NCBI GenBank assembly: GCA_043228905.1
Contig: JBHGNT010000011.1
Coordinates: forward strand, 11,036,001-11,100,000
DNA: 64,000 bases
Direction of reading: 5' to 3'
From: Azolla caroliniana
Lineage: Eukaryota > Plantae > Polypodiophyta
Shown: positions 35,801 through 49,900 of the stretch, piece by piece
Numbering within the stretch: position 1 is the stretch's first letter
Layout of the letters: the number at the start of each line of letters is the position of its first letter
Program-made: the position numbers and the translations under genes
Notes under the pieces: generated by a model
Told to the model about the DNA's origin: nothing
What the model saw: only the letters and a program-made list of their open reading frames with translations
The model's database searches: none

Positions 35801-38800
35801 AATAAAAAGTCTAATCCTATCACGACATTCTTGCATTTCCTAGTGTGTATATTATAACCTTATATGAGAGATTTCTCTGTCCATACATTGGTAATTTACA
35901 GAGAACAAGAAGTAATCGTAGTTTTGACTCCGAGTCCATTAGTGCAGATGAGCAACTAATAATTAAGGTAGGAATACACTTTGAACATACATTTCTTTGT
36001 TTTAGAACATTCATAAACAGAAAATATGCTGAAACGGAAAGAGCCCCTGCAGATTTCTCCAGAGAGATATTGTGGCACAAATTACATGCAAGATACTCCT
36101 GAGAGACAATGTGCTGCAAATGGGGATCAGAGATCTTTGTTTACAAGTCCTGCACAGGTGACTGGTCCTTCCATTCACGCAATCCAGAATGTTCCAACAA
36201 GGGCTATAACTCTAATATATTTGTATTTTATGTAGAGTTTCAGCACTGTACCTCATGTTATCCAACATTCTGAGCATAGGCAACAAAGATTGTTTCCGGA
36301 AAATCGACTAGTAAGTCAGTGGTTAAGAATTTTTTTCATTATATGTAAGTAGCACTATAACTATATCATGAAAAAATGCAGGAAAATCAAGACATCCTTG
36401 TGGATTGGATTACACAAGATGTAGGTTTTAGCAATGGGATTCCCATTGTTGCCTGTACTATTTACAAATGTCTATCTCACTGGAACGCATTTCAGTCTGA
36501 GAGGACAAACATATTTGATCGTCTAGCACAGACTATTGGAGCTTGCATCGAGGTAAAGTTATCTGGATCCTCAATCATCCATATATCTTATTACATGAAC
36601 GTAATTTAGGTTCAAGATGTATGAAGCAACTTCAAGCCTCAATGAAATCCTAATACATTGGAGAAAAATGAAAAACATGTTGAAGTTACTATTTTTTTAC
36701 TTATTCCACACAATAGTTTTCTCCTTTTACAGGCTCAGGAACGCAATGATGTTTTATCATATTGGTTGTCCAATGTATCCACTTTACTTCACCTAGGGCA
36801 TCATTATATGAAGCCACGTGAAGCTCCTAGCACTCCGATAACCCCGAATACTCCACGTCGACTTGGCCTGTTAAGCAGAATGACTAATGTAAGACACCTA
36901 AAACGGCTATTTAATTGTCTTTGATTTCACTGTCTTAATATTCTATTTTAGTATGTTTCCACAGAGCTTCAGGTCACCATCACGTTTCAAACGTTTTCAT
37001 GTGAAACGTGGACTTAGTAGTTTGGATAGTTTGCGTCAAGTTGAAATAAAGACACCAGCAGTAGTTTTTAAACAGCAACTGATTATTTTTGTTGAAAAGC
37101 TGTACGGATTACTTAGGGACAATCTTAAAAAGGATATTTCTCCTCTGCTTACAGCATGCATTCAGGTAATGTTCCCAGAATCACATGCTGTAAATTTTGT
37201 AAGTTCAAATTTTTAGGGGACTATAGCATGATTCTCATGAATTGTAAATATGTTTATATTATTTATATGAGGTACCAGAGCCATGCCCTTTTTTATGCAT
37301 CATTGCATGTCTTCTGATTTGCGTATGCTGTTCATGAAATTGTCAAATGGGGCTAATGACAGACAACCTTTCTTCGGTGTCTCACCATTACCTATCATGT
37401 ATAATCAATATTTATAGATATATTTGGGGCATGCATAGATGTTTCTGGGTGTTCATTGTGCAATTGCAACATCAAAATGCATCTGTGAATGTGAAATTAA
37501 CTTCATATGAGAAGTAAAATAATTTCATTGCTTATTTAAAGCATGTTTGATTTAGGCACCAAGGGCGTCGCAATTAAAAGTGCAACCACTTGGTCCATAT
37601 ACCATCTCATCCTTGGCACATAGCTTAGCAACCACTCATTGGAGTCGGATTACAGATTGCCTCAATTCACTTTTCATCAAACTACATGCCAACCACGTAA
37701 GCAATGCATTCAACCTTTTTAAACATCCTTGATTCAAATTCTTTTTAAGCATTTTCATGAAATTAATTGTGTAGTGTTGCCATTGTATATAGGTACCTCC
37801 TTTCTTTGTTTGCAAAATTTTCACACAAATATTCTCTTTCATCAACGCTCAACTATTCAACAGGTATTTTTCATTTAAAATCATTGTGTCAGGGAAGAGT
37901 TTTTACTTGGGAAAATAAAAATATATTTTCTTAACTGGACAGTTTATTGTTGAGGCGAGAATGCTGTTCATTCAGCAATGGTGAATATCTTAGAGCTGGT
38001 CTAGCAGAGCTGGAAACATGGATTTGTAAAATTTCTCAGGAGGTAAAAACACTTGCAAACTGGAATTGTAAGAGGAAATGGCCATTAAATTGTCTCAAAT
38101 CTCGATTAGATTCATGAAAGTGATCATATCTAATCTTAAAAACGTTGCAGTATGCTGGAGATTCATGGGAGGAACTTCGACTTATTAGGCAAGCAGTTGC
38201 TTTTCTGGTTGGACTCTTCTTCTTTTTTCATATCATGTAATTTATCAATTGCTACGTACCCAATGCAATTCTAATTATGAATGATGATTTGGTTCCTTCG
38301 TATGGGGCCATATATTTGGTTTCTTTGTTAGAGATGCAGTTATTTTGTTTCGCTTTTAGTTATTACGTGAAACGAAAAACGAAACAATCACATGTCTAAA
38401 AGAAGAAACTGAATTGAACGCTCCAAAATCATCCTTAGTAAATCTGAACTGGTAGTGAAGAAAATCTGTCAAATGGATGATATGACCATGCACTAAAACA
38501 TGGGACTCAGAGATGAATATATCCCTGATAGTCTAATTATGCTGACCGCCTCAAAAATGCAGAAATTTGAAGACAACCAACACGTAGTTTTGCATTGGGC
38601 CTGCTAGTTTCACTTTGCGAATTGTGTGAATGCGTGATTCCCCCAGCAAAAGAATATCACACCTGAGATAATAGAGATCATATGCATCACACTACTTTGC
38701 AAGAAATAAACCTACACTGATAAGTCCACTTGGCTGTAATACAAAAGAAGCAGGAATAATTCGAAATACTGGACCTGCCCATCTTGGATATGTTTTGAGG

Positions 38801-41150
38801 GCATAAGTTTGAGCCTAACTGACTTCCAGAATCTTTAATGCTTAGATACCTAAATTCTTTATTTCCCTATGTTTACTTATATTTATTTTGATTTGTCGCC
38901 CTCAAAGATGAGACTACATTTTAAGATATAATCTCTTGTTTGATTTTATAGGTCATTTTGGTCTCTTAAAAGACATTAATATAGCTTTCTTTCATTTTTC
39001 TCCAGGGCATACTTCTAGTACCTCTTTAGGGAGGAATTCGGACCCTTCTCTCAGGTCATGGACTTCCATGATCAGAGATGTTTGGGGCTTCTCTTATTAG
39101 ATATCTGTATATTTAGGAGTCACTTGTGAGAAGTAGACAGGCAGTAGGCCATGTATAAAGCTAAATGTCTGAGTTCTTCAGAAGACCCTACCAAGAGACC
39201 TCAGGGAAAGCACAATCAGCTCCACTTAGAGAGATATTGCTTGACCAATCTGTTCATTTGGCTCACTCTAGATGCCCTAGGATTTGCTTATCATCATATC
39301 AAAGACATTGCCTCCATTGGAGGATACATATCATCATTGCCCAAGGTGGAGCATGAGCCCGCCAGGCAGCTCTCAAATGAAGGGCATTGATGTCATATGG
39401 CATCCACCTCTGAGTGTCCATGAGCTGATCCACTCCCAGATGTGTATTTATTTTGTACATTATATCCTTCATATCTCTTTGACGCATGGTCCCTACCTTA
39501 CTATACTTTGTTCACATTACAGGGCAGCCACTTTATTTTAGTGTACAATTTAATTTTGATTTAATTTTCCATACTTCTATAAGATTCAAAATGACTTTTG
39601 GTCCAATAGGTCACTTTGTCGTTTTGAAGACATTATCCTAACATTTCATTTCTTCCCTCTTAACAAATTCATCTTGTATTTTCTTGGCTTCAGGTTATAC
39701 ATCAAAAACCTCAAAGAACGTTTGGAGAAATAAGACAAGAACTATGCCCGGTATGGTGATTATCTAAAGCCATAGTTTTAGCTTCCAAACCCAAAGATAA
39801 TCTGAATATTTTGCCAATCCTTTTTAAGATGATAGAAGTATGTATTTGATCCTTTTTAAGGTTAATCTGAAACATTTTTTGATGCTTCTTAAGATACTCT
39901 TAAGCATTTTTCTGACCGCCCTTTTCAAACTAATCTAAACATTTTCTGGATCCTTTTCAGGATATTATTCTAAACATTTTTTCCAGTCCATTGCAATATA
40001 TTCTACACATAAGCCCAATCGTTTTCAAGATAATCTAATCATTTCTTTCAACGCAATCTTCCCAGTCCTTTTCAAGATAATCTAATCATTTTTCAGATCC
40101 TTTTCAAGATAACCTATATATTTATCTGATTCTTTTAAGCACTTCTTTCCCATCATTTTCAAGATAATGTACCCATTTTTCTGATCCTTTTCTAGCTAAT
40201 TAAACATGTTTCTCAACATTTTAATTGTATTTGTTTCAGGGCTTGAGTGTACAACAGCTATATCGGATCAGCACAATGTACTGGGATGACAAATATGGCA
40301 CACACAGTGTCTCTTACGAAGTAAGTAAGAAGGAAATAAAACAAGTCTGGTACATATTTCTTCCACAAATTTTATTCTCGCATGAAAGACAAGAATACCT
40401 TTTATCAGGTGATTGCTTGCATGAAGAAACACATGGCAGAAGAATCAAAGAAGTCATCAGGAAGCTCATTTCTGCTCGATGATGACTCGAGGTAAACATT
40501 TCTGGCCATGGAGCGTAATAAAGAAACAAAAAACTTACTATGCTTTGCAAAGAAACCAAAATTTCTCTTTAATTGACTCATAAGCTAAAAATATTTTTCA
40601 AGTAAAGAAAATAAAAACAAATTGATCTACTCATATTTTTTCTCTGCGTATATTGCAGCAAAGTGTTTTTCCATCATTCCACTCATTCATCAGCTAATCA
40701 TGTGTTGTAAGAGACCACAAACAAATCCATTCATATATATTCTTTGTTTGACTCATTCATACAACATCTTATAATGGTTTGCAACAAGGAAAGAAAGAGA
40801 AGAAAAAAAAACATTATTCTCAGTCACCTTCGTGTGTATGGCAGCCAACTGTTCTTTTTCAGTCAGTTTTTCTTCTTCTTTTTGTATATGAATGCAGTTT
40901 TCCTATTCATCCATTCGACTAATCAGCTTTACAAGTTTTTGCAAAGAAAGAAAGACATGACTAAGATTTTTTCTGTTTATTCATTTCTTTGTGTGCATAT
41001 TACGGTAGCATACCCTTCTCAGTTGAAGAGATTCTCCTGTCAATGCCCCATATTAATCTGACTGCAATTGAGTATCCGCGTCAGCTTCTGATGAGAGAGA
41101 CATCATCAACACCATCTCCTACCCACTCCCACAACCAGTACTCCCAATGA
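20693..41150 (+). CDS. myoXI: Class XI myosin (XI-I-like motor) with expanded coiled-coil stalk; 38 coding exons, ~1,790 aa, start exon upstream and unresolved
   Basis: Phase-consistent exons: 20693-20827, 20896-21039, 22672-22817, 22887-23052, 23189-23247, 24289-24445, 24522-24671, 24756-24892, 26028-26174, 26717-26818, 26909-26966, 27085-27186, 28086-28123, 28695-28821, 28898-29071, 29170-29301, 29367-29476, 29560-29620, 29749-29926, 30001-30206, 33745-34239 (end uncertain), 34424-35011, 35092-35231, 35663-35771, 35902-35967, 36053-36157, 36236-36310, 36382-36552, 36733-36888, 36965-37165, 37556-37696, 37793-37863, 37943-38042, 38151-38207, 39694-39750, 40240-40320, 40409-40491, 41009-41150 (TGA). 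Motifs: [49 protein letters not shown] motifs, and the DIL domain [15 protein letters not shown]. Confidence 0.95.
29811..30206 (+). CDS. Myosin neck: four complete IQ motifs plus the start of a fifth
   Basis: [65 protein letters not shown] followed by a GT donor. Confidence 0.85.
32115..33200 (-). mobile_element. 5'-truncated LINE 3' end (ORF2 C-terminal zinc knuckle) in a myosin intron
   Basis: 287-aa ORF with [42 protein letters not shown]; (CTTT)n-like tail near 32120-32143 on the minus strand. Confidence 0.88.
33745..35011 (+). CDS. Two large myosin exons encoding about 17 tandem 18-aa coiled-coil repeats
   Basis: ORFs 33865-34281 and 34457-35017 extend in frame to AG acceptors at 33744 and 34423; consensus AELxRLQxALxEMExSKx. 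Confidence 0.88.
36382..41150 (+). CDS. Myosin globular tail / Dilute (DIL) domain exons
   Basis: [109 protein letters not shown]. Confidence 0.95.
38830..39640 (+). mobile_element. Old LINE 3'-end fragments (same family as 32115-33200) in a myosin intron
   Basis: 39010-39105 encodes [19 protein letters not shown], matching the 32.7-kb LINE; 38920-38980 approximates the reverse complement of the 32140-32210 3' UTR. Confidence 0.7.
39790..40210. repeat. Degenerate ~33-bp intronic tandem repeat
   Basis: Recurring CCTTTTCAAGATAATCTAA.CATTTTTC.GAT units. Confidence 0.7.
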
Positions 41151-42159
41151 TGAATGAGAAGCTATGATAAACTTAATATCTTGGTCAGGCTTCATGAACA
41201 AAAGCAAGCAAGCAGCCGACCAACCAACCAACCAACCAACAGCAACAAAAATGTGCATGTACACTTTTGTTTTAAATTGTTTATGCCTTTGACAACGAGG
41301 ACAGCAATGCTAACAATATCACAAACATCATGATGAAGTCTATGATACTAAAAATGGACCAATGAATAAAATCATCAAACTAAAGGGTTTTAGGCTGCTA
41401 AGGCCATGGAATTATATAAAAAACGAACTAGTGTCCTTGTTTATAAGCTTTCTTTTTCTTTTTCTTTTTCCTTTTATTCTTAAAAACAAACTACATTAGT
41501 ATTAAGAAAACATCCTAAGGCTATACCTATAAGATGTACCTTTCAGTAATGAGCCTCTTATTTCTAAATTCTAACTGTCATATTAAATAAATACTTCGGT
41601 ATTTAATATATACTTCGGTGTAGAGTAAAACCACTCCACCTTATCACAAATCTGTCTATAAAATATGCTTTTGTCCTAGGTGGCGTGAAACTCTAATCGC
41701 TTGAACTTCATCTGTTGCGTATTACCTTTTATGTGATCCAAAGAACTTCTGAGGTTATGTACAATCTCTGTTCAAATCCTAGAAATTATTTGGCTAGGTC
41801 TTTCAATCACATTTTGAAATATCTTCAAACATCGAGCTTTCCAAATATACCAAATTGTGATACTACTTACCAATTGTCATATTTGAGGTTTATCAGTCTT
41901 TATTTGTGGATTCAAAGGTATCAATGTTTTTTGCATTAGGCCATGTCTCATAGCAATAGCATCAACAACCTCCTCTTGTTCATATACCACAGGTTTATCT
42001 TGTACCATTGCTTATAATACCGATCCCCATGTATACACTGCTCGAGGATATATTGGTATTGACAGTGTTATGATTCATTTACATATTTCCATTTAAAAAC
42101 CACAATTCCACAAACAATGCTTAGTAGTCTTTACTAGAACTGTACAGAAAGCGCACATA

Positions 42160-44043
42160 TGTTAGGATCGTGACCGACAACAACCAATTTCTCCCCCTTG
42201 TATATTCGGGTGCAAAGAACATGAATGGCAATATGTTGACAAAGAGAAAAACGAAAGATAGAGACACAAGTATTTTTAACGTGGAAAACCCAAATGGGAA
42301 AAACCACGTGGAGTTCACAAACACCAAAACCAATCATTATAAGGGCAGGAGTACAACAAGAGGATTCAAAGGCAATGACCTTGAACTCTTCTTCGTCGAC
42401 TGACAGCGATAGAGTTACACACTCTCACACATTCACTCCTATCTAGTTACAAAGGCAACTACCTTCTCCAACTATACAACAATAACCAACTACTAATGAT
42501 TTATCTCACCCATAAGGTTTGCCCTAGTTGTATTTATACTTATACAAATTTTTGGCTATCTACATATATAGCCCACAAGGGGCACATTTAGGCTATTTAC
42601 AAATATAGTCTCCTGAATCCGTCATAAAATCGACTATTCGATTTCGGCCTCCGCCAATTACCCACTTACTCCACCCAATTCAAGTTCGTTCTCTTCCCAT
42701 CTCGAGGGACTTGTTATCTAACAAACTCCCCTTCACTCCGGTATGGGTTACTTTACCAATCCAACCCTTTTTCGGCACTCGTCCAACTTTTCGGCCGACA
42801 TCAACTTCGTACGCATGTCCAACTCGTTCTCTGTTGTGTGCACCTTTACTAGAGAAAATTCCCTTTCTTCTACTCTGTCTTGGAGCCAATGGTATCTCCT
42901 TTGGATGTGCTTGCTCCTCAAGTGGTACTCGACGTTCTTCGCAAGGTGGATGGCACTCTCGTTGTCGAAGTAGAGTCAGAATTCATCTTGCCGAATTCTC
43001 AACTCTCCGATGAACTCCTTCATCCATATTATTTCCTTGCCGACTTCCGTTGTAGCCATGTACTCGGCTTCTGTGGTTGACAGCGCCACGACCTTCTACA
43101 ACCTCCACTGCCACAAAATAGCTCCCCTTCCATAAGTCTAATGTTCTTGATGTGGACGTGGATCGGCTAGTATCCGCATAAGTCGTCATGTCCGAATTGG
43201 TATAACCTTCCAATGTGGGGTTACTTGAGCCGAATCGAAGACACACGCTCCAGTGCCTCTTAGGTACTGAAGTATCCATTTGATTGTCGTCTAATGTTCC
43301 TTGCCGGGATTGCTCATGAATTGGCTAACCACTCCGACTGTGTATCCAATGTCAGGCCTGGTACAAACCATCGCGTACATCAGGCTTCCGACTGCTGAGG
43401 CATAGGGCACCTTATTCATCTCAGCCTTCTCCATTTTCATTTTCGGACATTGGTTTTTGCTCAGCTTGTAGTTTGTCGGCAGTGTCTAGCCGACCGTTTT
43501 CGCGCTTTCCATGTCCAATCTTTAGACCACCTTTGTCACGTACTTCTCTTGTGACAAGCACAATAGCTTCTTTGTCCGGTCCCGAACAATGTGCATTCCC
43601 AGGATTATCTTTGCTTGACCCATATCCTTCATTGAGAATGACCTACTCAAGGCCTTCTTCAAGCTTTCAATTTTCTTTGGGTCTCGTTCGACAATCAACA
43701 TGTCGTCCACGTATAGCAGGAGAATGAGGAAATCTCCTCTATTGAACTTCTTCACAAACACGGAGTGATCAGTCTGCGTTTTGTGGTACTCTTGATCTGC
43801 CATGGAGGATTCAAATTTTCGTTACCATTGTCAAGGTGCCTGCTTCAACCCATACAAGCTCTTTCTCAATCAACATACTAGGTTTTCTTTACCTTTCTCC
43901 ACGAATCCTTCTGGCTGGTGCATGTAAATCTCTTCCTCCAAATCTCCATGAAGGAAGGCAGTCTTGACATCTAGCTGCTCGACTTCGAGATCCATGTTGG
44001 CCGCTATGCTCAACACTATTCGGATTGATGTAATATTCACCAC
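42160..44043 (-). mobile_element. Ty1/copia 3' portion: RT, RNase H, PPT and 3' LTR (42160-42723)
   Basis: EQLDVKTAFLHGDLEEEIYM, LLLYVDDML, FSMKDMG; PPT TGAAGGGGGAGTT adjacent to the LTR; TG...CA termini. Confidence 0.9.
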
Positions 44044-45492
44044 TGTTATCGGCCTACGATAACACAGTGTCAAATATCCGGTCCTTTGGGTATTCGACTC
44101 AAGGTCTTGTGTTCAAGGAAGGGAGTGCCTTTCGCTTTGAACTCATTCAGGATTTCGAATTATAAGGGTTTACGGATGATTTGAACTGAGGTTGTGTGAC
44201 TGTGGAGATGAACGAGCCGGCTACAACCGACCGAAAACACAACATTTACACAGAACGTTGAGACTCAACACAGGGAAATTAGGACACAATTTTAGACTTA
44301 GAGTATCAGGGGCAAGCAGAAATCTATTATCAACGCAAAAAGATAAAAGTGATCGATTAGATTTTACATTCTTCCCATGGCCATTTTTATAGGGCTCATG
44401 TATGGTTACGACTGTGCGTGAACTGTTACTCCCTATTCAATATCTTTACTATTTTTCGAGTCTCTAATTCCTACTTCTTTATTGCTTAGCCCTACCCATT
44501 CCTATTTTGATTCGTAACCATTATCCGTTCTTTTTACACTTGGTCGTCCGAACCGGTCAACACATGGCAAACCTGTGGGACAATGCATACGCAATCGAAC
44601 CCACGGGCCACTCAGGCGTCATAAAAAATGTGCAAAATGCTCAGCTCTGTTTGTGTCGATTCGGGTTCGCATTGTTGGTTTGGGGTTAGGGTTAGATCCG
44701 TCTCATCGACGTGTTTCTTCTGTTCATTTTCTGGTAGGGGTTCGTAGGGTTATGGCTCAGAGGGGGGGGGGGGGTGTAGGCTGTGGCGGTTGCATCGTCA
44801 TCTACGACAATTCTTCGTCCAACCGCTGCTCCAATTTCTACATTGAGTGTTGGTGTGAGCTTGGTGGGATGAAGGACGTTCAACGATTGTTCGTCTGATC
44901 CATTGTCGGGGAGTGGAATGATTTCTAGCTCTTTTGTAGTGTCCTGCTCCTTTTCCGCCTCCACGCGTTCGATCTCGTATGCTTTCATTTCGAGTGCGAA
45001 GTCGATTTGATATTCGACAAATTCTTCTAGAAGTTGCACTATTTCCCTGGAGTGTCGTGCTGTGAGCGCCTTGTGGTCCTCTGCGAGATCTGTCAGAACG
45101 GTGCTGAAACTCTCTTAATAGACTTATAGAATCCTCGGCCTTCTTTCCTGTTATTTTCCTGGCCCGCTTGATATATTTGGAGCTCGGCAGCTTGTGTGGC
45201 CCAATTGTCCCACCCTTATTGCAGTCTGTTGGCTATCATTTGGATAACGTTCTCTTTCTGCGTATCGAGCCATGTTTGGATTCATTTCTCCGACATTTTA
45301 GTCTTTGCTCGCATGTGCTCGATGGTGGTTTCGAGTTGTGTTATTTTGCTTGCAGCGTGTCCCGATTGTAATGCATACCTATCCTGGATGATGTCCATAT
45401 TCGTCCGCAGGATGTCTAACTCCTTCATGTAAATTTCCTCCATCTGAGCCATTTCGTGCCGTATCTAGGATTGAATTTCCTCTGCCAGTTTA

Positions 45493-46680
45493 TGTTGGGA
45501 TCGGAACCGGCCACAACCAATTGCTTGTACGTATGTTCGGGTGCAAAAACGAAAATGATAGTTGTGAAAGTGTTTTTAGAATTCAAGGTATTGAAGTCTA
45601 CAAAAATATAAGGTATGGAGCATTCACACCCGAAGGCCAAGAACACGAGCTAAGGTTTCAAGTATAAGTCAAACTAAAAACAAGAAAGATGGAGAAAAGT
45701 AAAAGAAGGAAAAAGCAGACCACCAAAAAGCAGTCAGAAACCAACGCTCATAACTCTCTCGTTTGACACCCAAATATCACGTGTAAATATGGGTTAGAAA
45801 GTTTATGACGAGAGCTATCCGTAGCTTTTTAAAACTCTAAATTTGGAGCATGGATGAGGGAGATATGACGATTAGAAGATCGTTGTGTCATAACTAAGAA
45901 TAGGAGATGGAAAAGCTCTAAAAAAAGCGTGGAAAAGAAAGCAAGCGAAACTTATCTACTAGAGGAGAACATCATATAAAGCAAGAAGAGTGAGGTGGTG
46001 AAGAGAGTTTTTTTTCTTGTGGTGTTTTTCTTGCCTATTCATGTAGTGCGTTTTTCTAGTGATCAATTGATCCTTGTAGGCTTGAGTTTATGTATCTTCT
46101 TTCTCTTGTTTCTATGATCATCACTCCTTATTAATATATCTTTGTAGATTTGGGTTTCTATATCTTCCTTCTCTCTCTTTTCTATCATCATATCTCTTTT
46201 CAATAGTGCACAGACAACAGGAAACAGAAAATACAGTGCCACAGAGAACAACAGATGTTTTAGGTGGAAAACCCGTAATGGAAAAACCACAGGAGTCCTC
46301 GAGCTCCGAACTAAATCACTATATGGTAAGCGGATTGTAGAATAAGAAACTCGAAGGCAACAACCTCGAGTTCTTCTTTGTCAATAGATGGCTATAGAGT
46401 TACGACTCTGTTCACTCTCTCCTACTAACACTCACGTCTAGTTACAGAGGCAACTACCCATTGTGTAACTTATTACGACTATAATGATTCAACCTTTAAG
46501 TTTGCGCTAGTTGTATTTATACATATACAACTTTCTGGCTATTTACATACATACAAGGGGCACATTTAGACTATTTACATATATGGTTTCCCGATTTCAA
46601 CTGAGGCCTATCGGCCGAAATACTCATTTTTATTCTCTTTTCCTCGATTTGAGCTCCATTTCCCATTCGGAGGGACTTGT
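45493..46680 (-). mobile_element. Copia solo LTR (42160 family), split by another solo LTR
   Basis: TGTTGGGATCGGAACCGG start and GGAAAAACCAC, CTATTTACA and GAGGGACTTGT motifs shared with 42160-42723; right terminus eroded. Confidence 0.7.
45563..46202. mobile_element. Solo LTR with 5-bp TSD
   Basis: TG...CA flanked by ATAGT at 45558-45562 and 46203-46207. Confidence 0.8.
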
Positions 46681-46990
46681 AGGGTTTGACTGCCATCTTC
46701 TCCTCATACCACTCCTTCTGCTTGGGCTTCGCCTCACGAAGTTCTGCGATCGTCTGTTCGGCGTGTGAGGTAGCCACTGTTTGCTTGTCTAGGGTTGCGA
46801 GGGTCCGATTGTGTGTGATCATAAACGTGTCAAGCTTGTCCTAGAGTGTTTTCGCATTTTTCCGGGTTGTGGCCTGAACACCTTTCTCGTGATCCGAGGA
46901 CTTTAGAAGTTCTGACCGGAGCCACTTGATCTCCGTTTCCGCCAACGCCGTTGCTTTCTTTGCTTTGGCCACTATTGTTTGTTGGGCCTC

Positions 46991-49900
46991 TATAAAAGAA
47001 TACGTTGTGCGGAAGTGTGTGCGTAAACACAGAGTACACAATTCAGAGGAATAAGACAGTTTGGTAAAACACAGAAAATGCAGTGATGGAGATGGAGAGG
47101 GAGAGATAGAGATAGAGAGAGAGCAGACAACAAAAAACTCAGATCTATTCACAATAATGACTCTCTGTACATACACCGTGCTTAGTGAGCATCTTTTATA
47201 CAAGCCCTGACAATCGGGCTGACACAAGTACTGACAGTACTTGACACTCATAAATGAGCCGCTACACTCACTCCCAAAATTATTCCTTTCGAGGAATATC
47301 TTTCCAACGGCCTCATGGTTTACGCACCGCTATGGCCTATTGTGCGCATGGTTGTATGCACCCAGTTTACGCACTGGGTTACGCACCCGATTACGCATCG
47401 AATGTTGAGCTTGTCTCTCAACACTCTCCCTCAAGCTCAACTTGAGGTTCTGTCCGCTCTTCCAGATCTACGCTCCAGTTCCTTCTGGCTTCACGCCTCG
47501 CTCGCGCTCCTCGCCCGTTCGATTCCGTGCGCCTTGACCCTTCCGGTAGGCTTGTCTGCTCATCCAGCCCTTCTCAGCTCCCATGCTGTCGCAGTGTCGA
47601 CATGTCCTTCGCTGGCCTTTTTTCCGCATGGCCTTCAGTTGATTCGACGTATCCAAATCAAACATTCTGATTGAATCAAACACTTCCGATTCAATTCCAC
47701 CCTCATTCGAATTGGTTGTATCTCCCCTTGATTCGGCTATCCTCGGCTCTTCCCTACAGTTATGGCCCTTGCTCTTTTCTTTGGCTTCTTCAGCTGGCTC
47801 GAAATTGAATTCTTCATCTGATTCCGCGTCACGGTCACTTCTGTCGCGATGACCACCTCCGCTCCTTTCACGCTCTTGTTCTTGTTTGTCTTCCTTTCTC
47901 CCCCTCAAGTTTGGCGTGTCGAGGTGACGCAACCCAAGCTCACCCGAGAAATGCCGTAACTTGTCGAGACCAAGAGGCTTGGTGAAGATGTCGGCAACCT
48001 GCCGAACAGTCGGAACATGCACTAGTTCGACTTCACCTGAAAGGACCCGCTCGTGGACAAAATGGTAATGCATCTCAATGTGCTTGGTCAGGGCGTGGAA
48101 GACGGGGTTTTTCACAAGGTGGATACTGCTGAGGTTGTCGCAATAGATTGTCGTCGAATCAGACACCTCTTCATGCAGATCCCGCAATAGCCGTTTCAGC
48201 CAAATGACTTCGCTCGTAGCGACAGTCACCCCTCGATATTCGGCCTTCGTGCTCGACAGTTCCACTATCGGCTGCTTTTTGCTGCTCCACGCAATCGCTG
48301 CACTTCCTAATGAAAAGGCATATCCGGATGTGGATCTACGATCACTGGCGTTTCCGGCCCAATCGGCATCCGTGTCACCGACTAACAGTTTGGCTATGCT
48401 TGCCTGATAAAACAACCCCATGTCTTTCGTGCTGCTGACATAACGCAGTATCCTTTGCGCTCATTGAAAGTGTTCAGCCGTAGGCTGTGACATGAATTGA
48501 CTGATCATGCCAACCGGGTAATTGAGGTTCGGCCGAGTAATAGTCAAATAGATGAGGCTTCCGACAATCTGTCGGAACCGTGTCGGGTCGCACGCTTTTC
48601 CCGAATCTGGGCGAAGCTTTACGTTTCTATCCATAGGGGTCGAGATGGGCTTACAGTTTTCCATCGCGAACTTGAAGAGCATATTCAACACGTAATGACG
48701 TTGGCTGATCAATATGCCTTTGGGGGTACGGATCACTTCGATCCCGAGGAAGTAATGAAGGTCTCCGAGATCCTTCATTTCAAACGATGCCACAAGCTGA
48801 AACTTCACGTGGCGGATTTCGTCAAGGTCGGCACCGACGATGACTAAATCATCAACGTACAAGAGCAGGCTGACCGGTCCATATTGTCCGTGCTGAACAA
48901 ATAGAGAAGAGTCTGATTTCGATGACGCAAACCCCATCCTACGCAACTGTTGCGTAATCTTTGCGTTCCAAGCTCGCAGGGTTTGGTTTAGTCCATATAA
49001 GGATTTTTTCAATCGGCAAACTGCCGAGGTGTTTTGTTCGGATAGAAATCCGGGGGGTTGTACCATGTACACCTGTTCCTTAAGATCACCTTGTAGGAAC
49101 TCATTCTTTACATCCATCTGATGTAAGTGCCACCCCTTTGCTGCTGCTACGGCTACCAAGACTCGCACGATAGTCATCTTCGAGACAAGCGCAAAGGTCT
49201 CGTCATAGTCCACGCCGTGCTTCTGCGCGTAGCCTTTTGCTACTAAACGGGCCTTGTAGTGGTTGACGGAGCCGTTCGTGTTGTGTTTCACTTTATACAC
49301 CCACCGACAGTTGATCGACTTCACACCCTTCAGTGCGTCAACCAGGTCCCATGTCTCATTCTGCATTAAGGCGCGTATCTCTTCCTCCATTGCGGCACGT
49401 CAATTTGCGTCCTTTGCCGCTTCTGCGTAGCTCTCCGGCTCACGCACTTCTGCCACTTGTGTCATGTACGCGTAATGGTGCGCCATGTACTCATTATACC
49501 TGTATCTCTTTACGGGGTTCTTGAGGTGGGTAGATCGGCCTAATTCGTGATTCCCCGATTTCATGACCTTTCCGGCTACTGGCGACCTCTTCTGTGGAGG
49601 TTCCTTTTCAGTTTGCCCATAGTCAGACTCACTCCGATCTGACTCGGCGCTGCCGAAGTCGTATTCTGGCATTTTCTTCTTGCCCTTCTCTTTACGCATA
49701 AACCGTCTCCTCGGTTCTTTATGCGGGGACATCACGGCCGAGTCTCCACTACTCGCCGTCTCTTGAATAGGTTGGTCATTTCGGCTCAACCCTTCAGTTG
49801 GCCCACAGAGCCGAAATGAGATCGGACTCTCTCTCAGAGCTCCGATTTCATCATGCGGAGGCATTTCAGCCTCGCTGATCTCTTCTTTAGAAATCGGAAT

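Larger units (their letters stand above)
44044..46990 (+). mobile_element. Tat-like gypsy element: 5' LTR (44044-44562), PBS-like site, antisense ORF remnants; interrupted by solo LTRs
   Basis: TGTT...AACA LTR followed by TGGCAAACCTGTGGGAC (tRNA-Arg-type PBS-like); minus-strand peptides are homologous to those at 61312-62550. Confidence 0.65.

Noticed and set aside
20693-41150. Myosin as a pseudogene
   Set aside because: All 38 traced exons are open and phase-compatible, and the catalytic motifs are intact.
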